A DNA stretch of 64,000 nucleotides from Ostreococcus lucimarinus (taxonomy: Eukaryota). Shown one piece after another: positions 1 to 7,232 of the stretch. The stretch lies in the NCBI GenBank assembly GCA_000092065.1, contig CP000601.1. One strand, written 5' to 3'. Within the stretch, counting starts at the first letter, position 1. The number at the start of each line of letters is the position of its first letter. Below the pieces are notes generated by a model. The model saw only the letters and a program-made list of their open reading frames with translations, made no database searches and had not been told where the DNA came from. The position numbers were made by a program, and so were the translations under genes.

Positions 1-698
1 CGGGGAGTTACTTGTACGACACGTCGATTCCGCTCAAGCTGCCGTCGTTGTCGGAGAGCGTGCGCGTACCGGCGTACGTGGCACACGATTACATGCAGCG
101 CACGATGCGATTGACGGCATTTTCACGGTCGTGGCCGAGCTTGTTTGTCGCCGCGAAGAACACGCGATCGTCCCTGCACGTCGATCAGTGGCAGGGGCAC
201 TTTTTCATGGCCGTGGTGCGCGGCACGAAGCGATGGACCGTCTTCTCGCGCGAATCGCTCGCGTTTTTACGGCCGAGCTGGTCGCGCGGCACGCTCGATC
301 CCGCGATGCCACCGTTGGAGGAACAAGAAGAGATGGGAATGTTACCGCTCCCGCGTGAATTCGGCGCGCGCCGATGGGACGTCGATCTTGGCCCGGGCGA
401 GGTGCTTTTCGTGCCGGGCGGCTCGCCGCACGCCGTTCGAAACCTCGATTGCACGGTGGCGTTCGCGGGAAACTTCGTCGACGACGTCAATCTGGACCGC
501 GTGTTGGAAGATTTAAAGCTCATGGCCGCCAAAGATCCCGCGTTGATGGAGAGCTACCGAGCGCTCGACGAGGTGGATTTCGACGACGAAGGCGCCGCGC
601 TCGCGGCGGGCGACGACGACGTCCACGCGGGCGCGTTCGACGCGAACGCGCGCGTCGTGCGAGTCGCCGATTATCTCGCGGGGGGGCGACTCGTGTGA
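1..698 (+). CDS. JmjC/cupin-domain protein, 5'-partial (runs off the window start)
   Basis: ORF frame is open back to nt 3. Translation has a JmjC-like core (HVDQWQGHFFMAVVRGTKRWTVF ... GEVLFVPGGSPHAVRNL), the double-stranded beta-helix fold of 2OG/Fe oxygenases. High GC3 codon usage matches neighbouring genes. Confidence 0.55.
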   Translation, partial: GSYLYDTSIPLKLPSLSESVRVPAYVAHDYMQRTMRLTAFSRSWPSLFVAAKNTRSSLHVDQWQGHFFMAVVRGTKRWTVFSRESLAFLRPSWSRGTLDPAMPPLEEQEEMGMLPLPREFGARRWDVDLGPGEVLFVPGGSPHAVRNLDCTVAFAGNFVDDVNLDRVLEDLKLMAAKDPALMESYRALDEVDFDDEGAALAAGDDDVHAGAFDANARVVRVADYLAGGRLV

Positions 699-808
699 TG
701 GGATGGATGTCTCGCGTCGCGTCTCGGAGTTCGGGACGAGGGGTTCGCGGCGTCGTGAAAAAGTGACAAAAAAATCAGGGAAGCCGAGCTCCCCCCATGG
801 GGGTGAAT

Positions 809-1036
809 CTCACAGCGATAAATTTTTTAAAGTACTATCCGTCACCCCGAAACGACGAAAGTCACAGTGTTGTCGTGTCGCTTTTCCATCACGGACAATC
901 GGGTGTGGGAAAAAGTAAGGTGTGATGTCGACACATCTCTTCCTGCGGGTTTCGATCCCGCGGCTTCCAGATCTCTATCGGAGCAGCCGTCATATTCGAC
1001 GGAGACTTTTTCCTAACAGTCTGACACTCTACCAGC
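809..1036. repeat. 228-bp dispersed/direct repeat, copy 1 (about 98.7% identical to 6744-6971)
   Basis: Aligned by eye to copy 2 with 3 mismatches and no indels. Contains a GCGGG-TTTCGAT-CCCGC hairpin and the 14-mer TGTCGACACATCTC. Confidence 0.9.
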
Positions 1037-1066
1037 AAAATTGTTTACAGAGATACCGCGACGAGA

Positions 1067-1443
1067 TTGAAGCAATACAAGGAACTCGATGGGCACCTGA
1101 TGAACGCCTCCGTGTGGGACGAGTATTTGACCCCAGAGATGCTCAGTCTGTATAATCCCGAAACAGACCAATTCGAGGAGCCCAAGCACTGGCTAAATGG
1201 GAAGCGTGTAGGAATTGCAATACTGGCGGATGATGTAAAATCGAGTCCGTTGCTGTCTAACAAAGCCTGGCGCAACCTGTGTATCAAATGCCGCCACCTT
1301 GGATCCTTCCCTGACAGTTCTCCACCAATAGGGTGCTCGATTTTCTGCGCGAGGTCAAGGACGCCGACGCGACGCTCCCAGACAAGTTGAAAGCCGAGGT
1401 ACCGACCATGCTTCAGAAAGGCGTGCGCGCGTATCTGGATTAA
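1067..1443 (+). CDS. hypothetical protein; reading frame changes near 1280-1320, possibly a very short 37-nt intron or a frameshift
   Basis: ORF 1067-1390 (first ATG near 1097) codes WDEYLTPEML...GKRVGIAILADDVKSSPLL. A second frame then continues with a protein-like C-terminus, VLDFLREVKDADATLPDKLKAEVPTMLQKGVRAYLD, to TAA 1441-1443. Removing gtatcaaatg...ccctgacag (GT..AG, 37 nt) joins the frames. No family recognised. Confidence 0.3.
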
Positions 1444-1666
1444 GCTTCACAAGTACCGTGGTGTGGGTAACATCTGGGACATCTTATCGAAATAATTCAT
1501 CGATGTTCGCCAGGAGATCGAGGAACAGGTGCCGTAAATTACGAAGAGCGTTTCGATTTACAATTTATATGATCCTCTAGCTTGAAAAATAGATCTCCGT
1601 CAGTGGCCGTGGGTGTGTTTGCCACAACTTGATTTGATAGTAATTGACATTTTTTTACCGCTCTCA

Positions 1667-3100
1667 TTAGTGCGCGTGTGCGTGTGAGTCTCCGCCACCG
1701 CCACCGCCTGTGCAATGCTTGTGGTTGAGGAGCACGAGACTGATGGCAACAACGCCGACGATGAAGGTGAGAATGCTCGTCGCGCGAAGACGAGGTGAAG
1801 TGGCGCTCACTGATACTCGGGGCATGCACTCTGCGGCGGCGATTTGCAGATAGACTCCAGCACCGAAGGCGAGCAGCAGTCCATGCCAGAAGTCGTTGTT
1901 ATTTCCCGATCCAACACTAATGAGGACGCCAAGAATGACACTCAAGCCGGAAACGAAGTTTAAAGTCAGCGTCGGCAACGGCGCGAGATCGCCCTGGAAG
2001 GGGTCTACGAGCACCAAGTAGTCAGCAAGCTCTTGAGCGATTTCGTGATAGACGGTCGCGGCGGTGATCGACCATCCCATGGTACTGTCGCAGTTCAGAA
2101 AGCCGAAGCCAATGAAAATACCATCCACTAGGTTGTGCATGAAATCTCCAAGAATGATACCACTTCGAACGCGATACTTGTGTGAGTTACAAGTACAAGT
2201 ATCACAGTCATCTTGAGCGCCTTTGACTGCAAGTTCCGCATCGGTTGTCTTCGCTGTATTTCCAAGAGTTGGGAACACGACAGAGATACCAAAGTCGATG
2301 AAGTAGGCCATGAGAAAGCCGAAGATAGAAGCGGAAGCCCACCATGCGGTCTGCTCTGCCTCATCCGAGCCAGCAGGTTTGATTAAATGCGTGGCTTCGT
2401 AGAACATCAGATAAAACGCAGCCGAAAGAAGTGCGCCGGCGGCAAACGAGTTAATTGTGCAACTCACAGTTTCAGGGTACGCTTTCTGCTTCTTAGCGAT
2501 ACTCGGGATGAGAAAGACCACACCAGAAAGTGTGACGATATTGACGATAATTGCCGCCCCAATGGCGTTGGCCCACGGTTTTGATTTCGATTCGCTCACG
2601 GTGGATGCTTCGGGAAGTGAAGCTTTTGGCACCACGTCATCTCCGTGGAGGTCCTTGAGATAGTGCGCGTCGCGCTCGAACTCGGTGGGAACGTGCTCAG
2701 CGAAGATTGAGATCGCGTCGATGCCAGTCGTATTAATCTTAAACGGCGTCGTGTGCCAGGTGTTGTCAAATTCAAGGTTGACACACCCACTATCAGGTGT
2801 CAAAACACTATCTCGTATCTTAGCCGTCGTACAAGCTCCCCCGATTGCGGTATCACCGCTATCCTCGCGGGCTTCGAGCTCGTCGTGTCCGGCGGCGATT
2901 TCGTCGTAGATGACCATTTTCATGGTATCGGCGGCGTACTTATCGGCCACCTTTTGCGCCTGCCACACGTATTCATTCTCTGGCGTCTCAAAGATTCCAG
3001 CCCATTCGAATGCGTGCGCGCCGGACGCGTGCGCGCCGCGCTGCGCGAGCGCGCTCGCGACGATCGCGATGCCACCACCGAGCGCGCTCGCGCAGCGCAT
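1667..3100 (-). CDS. ZIP-family (ZRT/IRT-like) metal transporter with large N-terminal ectodomain and signal peptide
   Basis: Translation carries the ZIP signature HNLVDGIFIGFGF and a second metal-binding helix HEIAQELADY, with multiple TM helices. The putative signal peptide MRCASALGGGIAIVASALA starts at the ATG near 3100; the ORF extends to 3196. Confidence 0.8.
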   Translation of the reverse strand: MRCASALGGGIAIVASALAQRGAHASGAHAFEWAGIFETPENEYVWQAQKVADKYAADTMKMVIYDEIAAGHDELEAREDSGDTAIGGACTTAKIRDSVLTPDSGCVNLEFDNTWHTTPFKINTTGIDAISIFAEHVPTEFERDAHYLKDLHGDDVVPKASLPEASTVSESKSKPWANAIGAAIIVNIVTLSGVVFLIPSIAKKQKAYPETVSCTINSFAAGALLSAAFYLMFYEATHLIKPAGSDEAEQTAWWASASIFGFLMAYFIDFGISVVFPTLGNTAKTTDAELAVKGAQDDCDTCTCNSHKYRVRSGIILGDFMHNLVDGIFIGFGFLNCDSTMGWSITAATVYHEIAQELADYLVLVDPFQGDLAPLPTLTLNFVSGLSVILGVLISVGSGNNNDFWHGLLLAFGAGVYLQIAAAECMPRVSVSATSPRLRATSILTFIVGVVAISLVLLNHKHCTGGGGGGDSHAHAH

Positions 3101-3325
3101 CGTTCGCCCTCGTCGTCGCTCGACCGTCCTCGCACCGCGTGCGCGTTCGCGCGGCGGCATCGTCGTCTTCGTGTTCTTCGTGTTTTCGTTCGTCATCGTT
3201 TCCGTCGTCGTCGTCGTCTTCGCCGGCGTCGGTAAGTGCGGCTGCGCACAAACTAAAGCGGCATACGAACCGAACCGGCGCGATGGAGGGCGGTCGTTTA
3301 TAAGTCACGACTCGCGAACGACAAA

Positions 3326-3590
3326 ATGTCGACATCCGCCGCAGTGTCGACACATCTCGGTGGTACTTGGATATGTCGAAATATGTCGACATGTGCGTCG
3401 AGACGTTTTTCGTATATAGATGCATCACGGGGTTCAATGCGTACACGCGCGTGGGTAAATATGTCGACATGCGTGTCGACATGTTTACGACGCGCGTCGC
3501 GACGCGATCCGTGATGGGCTTCGCGGGGCGTCGCGTACGACGATCCTCGACACGTGCACGACGCGAATCGTCGACACGTGCACGACGCGC
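3326..3590. promoter_or_regulatory. Palindrome-rich divergent intergenic region between the ZIP and COG0523 genes
   Basis: Five TGTCGACA palindromes (3327-3334, 3345-3352, 3384-3391, 3461-3468, 3474-3481) plus a half-site at 3373-3380. TATATA at 3413-3418. A 19-bp tandem duplicate TCGACACGTGCACGACGCG (3547-3565 and 3569-3587), each copy containing CACGTG. Confidence 0.4.
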
Positions 3591-3658
3591 GCGCATCGCC
3601 GCACTTCGCGACGCCTCTTCGGCTCGTTCGCGCGCGGAGACGTCGATCGCCGTACATC

Positions 3659-5299
3659 ATGTCCACACCCGCCGCAATCGCCAATCATAATCGATTGCCG
3701 GTGACAACGCTGTGCGGGTTCCTCGGCGCTGGGAAGACGACAACTCTGAAACGCGTGCTCGAAGCTAAGCGAGACGCGAACGGAAAGTTTCGGTGTGCCG
3801 TCGTCGTGAACGACGTCGCGGAGTTGAACATCGACAAAAAATTAATCGATGATTCCGCTTTGCTGCAGAGCGACGAGGTGGTTGCCATGCAGAACGGATG
3901 CGTGTGCTGTTCGTTGAGCGGAGACTTTGTAAAACAAATCGGGGACATGGCCAAGAGTGGCAATTTTGACTACATGATCGTAGAGGCATCAGGAGTGTCG
4001 GAACCGGCGGAAATTGCGAAACTCTTCGCAAATTGTGAGGACGATCACGATCATGAAGCTGCGCACGTTGATGAGCATGAACATTTGAGCACACTGGCGC
4101 GGCTGGATACGTGCGTGACGGTCATCGCTGCAGGTGACTTTCTCGACATGATTGATTCTTTCAGGGCGTCAGCTGTGAACAGGCAGTCTTACTCTCAATT
4201 GTTGGCTGAACAGATAGAGTACGCGAATGTCGTCGTATTGAACAAGGTCGACACTGTCGATGACGAACAACTCGCCGAGATTAAAGCGCAGATACAACTT
4301 CTCAATTCACGTGCTGATATTCTTGAAGCTGTGAACGGCGCGATCGACGTTACGCGAATCGTCAATACAAAACTTTACAAAGAGAATGACTTTGCTGGTT
4401 TCATAACATGGGAACAAGAGATAGAAGCAACATCTGTGAAGTCATGCTGCGCCGGCGCTAGGGACAAAGGTGAGTCTCCATGCTGTAAGCGAGCTCGCAT
4501 GAGAGAAACAGCCTTAAGCGAGGTCACGCTTGCACCAAGTTCTTCCCAAACACGTCACGATAGTCGGTTCGGTATTACGTCTTTCATTTACCGAGCCAGA
4601 AGACCTTTTCATCCCAAACGGTTTTTAGGCTCATTTGTCGAGCGCTTCTTCAGCTCCCTCGAGGCCGATGACCGTGATGAAGAAAAAGATGAAGAGACAC
4701 CAAGTGTAGACTGGAGTGCAGTGAAAGATATTCGAGCGCGACAAGAAGCGATGAAACTCAAGCGCCGTAAAAGGGAAGGTGAAATTGGTGTGCTGCTACG
4801 TTCGAAGGGTGTAACGTGGCTCAGTGATGCCCACGACTTGATAATTGTTTTCAGTCAGGCTGGTAATATTTACTCTCTCGAAGGATCAAGCCGATGGACC
4901 GCGCTGAATAAAAATGCTTGGGTCGGCTCACAGGGGATAAAGCAAGAACTTCGTAAAGACTGGGAGGGGCCTTATGGTGATCGCCGACAAGAACTGGTGT
5001 TCATTGGCAAGGATCTTAAATACGATGAAATTCAATCAACGTTGGACTCTTGCCTCTTGACCGACGAAGAATTCGAAATGGGTTCTGATGGCTGGAGAGC
5101 AGTCATGGGTGATGTCTTTCTAGACGAAGACGACGAAGACGAAGACGACGAAGTCGATGACGAAGACGACGAAGAAATCGACGAAGATTTGGTCGACGAC
5201 GAGGAGATCGAAGAGGAGATCAGGCCGCAACCCACTTCAAAGTCGAAGGCAAAACCAAAGGCAAAGTCGGCGCCCTCTCAAAACGACGGCTTAGTCTGA
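3659..5299 (+). CDS. COG0523 / CobW-type G3E GTPase metallochaperone (zinc-chaperone-like), with His-rich insert and poly-acidic tail
   Basis: P-loop LCGFLGAGKTT (in VTTLCGFLGAGKTTTLKRVL). CxCC metal motif GCVCCSL. His-rich stretch CEDDHDHEAAHVDEHEH. C-terminal DEDDEDEDDEVDDEDDEE tail. Start taken at MSTPAAIANHN (3659); the ORF itself is open from 3554. Confidence 0.85.
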   Translation: MSTPAAIANHNRLPVTTLCGFLGAGKTTTLKRVLEAKRDANGKFRCAVVVNDVAELNIDKKLIDDSALLQSDEVVAMQNGCVCCSLSGDFVKQIGDMAKSGNFDYMIVEASGVSEPAEIAKLFANCEDDHDHEAAHVDEHEHLSTLARLDTCVTVIAAGDFLDMIDSFRASAVNRQSYSQLLAEQIEYANVVVLNKVDTVDDEQLAEIKAQIQLLNSRADILEAVNGAIDVTRIVNTKLYKENDFAGFITWEQEIEATSVKSCCAGARDKGESPCCKRARMRETALSEVTLAPSSSQTRHDSRFGITSFIYRARRPFHPKRFLGSFVERFFSSLEADDRDEEKDEETPSVDWSAVKDIRARQEAMKLKRRKREGEIGVLLRSKGVTWLSDAHDLIIVFSQAGNIYSLEGSSRWTALNKNAWVGSQGIKQELRKDWEGPYGDRRQELVFIGKDLKYDEIQSTLDSCLLTDEEFEMGSDGWRAVMGDVFLDEDDEDEDDEVDDEDDEEIDEDLVDDEEIEEEIRPQPTSKSKAKPKAKSAPSQNDGLV

Positions 5300-5399
5300 T
5301 GTCTTTCTAGGTGACACTGAAGCGGAACAGGGTGGAGATGTGGACTCGGGCAACTCTTCCGACATGTAAGCTTGTCCTTTATAGTGAGCCCACACCGAT

Positions 5400-5696
5400 G
5401 TGAGCGCAAGTCATTTTTATGCACACAGTGACATCTTCATCGAATACCAGACGTGGTTGCCAGCGGCTGCGCGCGGTCAAGATAGCGCGACGAAGGTCGG
5501 CAATAAGCTCAAGGACTTCTTCAAGAAGGAAAAGGGCCACAGGGTCCCAATGGAAGAGGACCACCTGAGGCAAGGTAGAGACGAGAAGGGCGTCTATTGG
5601 GAAATTCACCGCGACGGGTGCTTCGAGTGGCTGAAGGACAATGGGTACACAGGGGAGACGGAGCTCGCGCCGGCGGTCGTCTGGTGCTCATACTAA
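5400..5696 (+). CDS. small hypothetical protein (98 aa)
   Basis: Open reading frame in the lower-GC island. The protein-like segment GVYWEIHRDGCFEWLKDNGYTGE has no recognisable family, so coding status is uncertain. Confidence 0.25.
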   Translation: MSASHFYAHSDIFIEYQTWLPAAARGQDSATKVGNKLKDFFKKEKGHRVPMEEDHLRQGRDEKGVYWEIHRDGCFEWLKDNGYTGETELAPAVVWCSY

Positions 5697-6130
5697 TTTT
5701 GTAATTCGTACATTTGCAATATGAAGACTCAACGAGACACCAAAAAGACCATGGTTTGGATCCTGACGAAATGACGAATGACGAACTGTTTTCATAAAGG
5801 TCCACACTGTTGCTTGTCATAGATCTAAAATAAAAATAAACATTAAAATATTTTAACATTTCGTCATTTTCATCATTGGTACACACAAAGTGTCACCGAA
5901 CGACGGGTTGACGAATTTGTGGACGACAAAACAAGTTCGTCATTTCGTCAGGTCTCGACGGATCACGAACGTCCAGGTGTGAAATCAGGCGGTTCGGTAT
6001 CTACATTCCGGACCTTGCAGCCCACGCAGCGATACGCGTACCTATGGTCTCTCGGATGTGACTGCAAACCGCAGGAGGAGGCACTTTTGGCAACAATATT
6101 TTCTTAGGGATAGATAGGTAACCAGGACAA

Positions 6131-6628
6131 ATGCCGTCGGGATGCGTGTACGAAATGTTTAGCGATAATGCGAAATGTAACAAAACGTACATCGGATCGA
6201 CGACGGGTTCGCTCAGAGCGCGCCTTGCCTCGCATAAATACGCACGACATCCAATCTTCACGTTTGGCGACGCGGACGTGAGAGTTCTCGAAAAGGACAT
6301 TCCAGCTGGAGAGCTCCATCAACGTAAAGGTGCCTACATGAGAGAGAAGCGTGACGGCTTATTCAACTCCCGAGCTGCTGGACGCAGCCAGAAACACGCG
6401 TGCCGCGAGAACGTGGACGAGAGTCCAGCCTACAGCAGAGCTCAATATACGCCGAAGCGGGACGGCGGCGATGGTAACTACAGACAACTCAATTATTACA
6501 AGCAGCACGCAAAAGGAATACTGCGCAAGACGTGCCTCAAGAATGCCCGAGCGCGCGGCACGCTGCCTTCGAAGCGCAGTCTCGACAAGTATCAATTTAC
6601 GGTAGATGAGTTACGCGGCTTGGCTTGA
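6131..6628 (+). CDS. GIY-YIG nuclease-domain protein (homing-endonuclease-like)
   Basis: N-terminus GCVYEMF-x9-KTYIGSTTGSLRARLASH fits the GIY-x(10-11)-YIG core with the following Arg and His/Glu. Lies in the lower-GC island, immediately upstream of repeat copy 2. Confidence 0.55.
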   Translation: MPSGCVYEMFSDNAKCNKTYIGSTTGSLRARLASHKYARHPIFTFGDADVRVLEKDIPAGELHQRKGAYMREKRDGLFNSRAAGRSQKHACRENVDESPAYSRAQYTPKRDGGDGNYRQLNYYKQHAKGILRKTCLKNARARGTLPSKRSLDKYQFTVDELRGLA

Positions 6629-6743
6629 CCACTTCACTCACACGATTGGTTCTGGAGAAATCTTACATGCGGTACATCAACGTCGATGTGCGGTTTTATC
6701 ATGTTGGGGTGCCCCAACTCAAAAAAAAAGTTTATTTTTATTA

Positions 6744-6971
6744 CTCATAGCGATAAATTTTTTAAAGTACTATCCGTCACCCCGAAACGACGAAAGTCAC
6801 AGTGTTGTCGTGTCGCTTTTCCATCACGGACAATCGGGTATGGGAAAAAGTAAGGTTTGATGTCGACACATCTCTTCCTGCGGGTTTCGATCCCGCGGCT
6901 TCCAGATCTCTATCGGAGCAGCCGTCATATTCGACGGAGACTTTTTCCTAACAGTCTGACACTCTACCAGC
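6744..6971. repeat. 228-bp direct repeat, copy 2
   Basis: Near-identical to 809-1036. Preceded by an A9 run and an AT-rich stretch (6700-6743). Confidence 0.9.
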
Positions 6972-7232
6972 TGAGTTAAGGAAGACTGTTTATGCATACG
7001 CACAACATCGCGGACATTCGACTGCCCATGCTCTTTATTTCGAGGCTTAACTCGGCGAGGTGGACGAATAATTGGTATTATACGTCGCTCGATGGTGGGT
7101 TTGCGACAGATCTTCGCGGCTTGACGCCGTCGATCCGCGATCGCGAATGTTACAGGTTGAGGGCTCGGGCGAGGACGTCGGTGGTTTTCGCGCGTTCGTT
7201 CGTTCGTCGTCACTCCGCGGTCGAATCCATCG

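Noticed and set aside
919-975. tRNA gene inside the 228-bp repeat (T-arm-like GCGGG-7nt-CCCGC hairpin; minus-strand loop ATCGAAA like initiator tRNA)
   Set aside because: I could not build a full cloverleaf: acceptor and anticodon stems do not pair. Two identical copies at unrelated positions fit a tRNA-derived SINE or repeat better than a functional tRNA gene.
703-1155. ORFs 703-918 and 922-1155 overlapping the repeat copy
   Set aside because: They are composed largely of repeat sequence. The same sequence in copy 2 is not embedded in an equivalent ORF, and they have no protein-like features.
3393-3470. GTGCGT donor-like hexamers inside the ZIP/CobW intergenic palindrome cluster (possible 5'-UTR intron)
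   Set aside because: The hexamers are part of the ATGTCGACATGTGCGTCGAC palindrome repeats. No matching ACTGACG branch or acceptor context is present, and there is no coding evidence requiring a splice.
809-6971. Interpreting the repeat-bounded unit as an LTR retrotransposon
   Set aside because: The repeats do not begin TG and end CA. No gag/pol, primer-binding site or polypurine tract is present, and the internal genes are cellular-type. A composite or cargo-carrying element or a repeat-mediated rearrangement is more plausible, but it is unproven.
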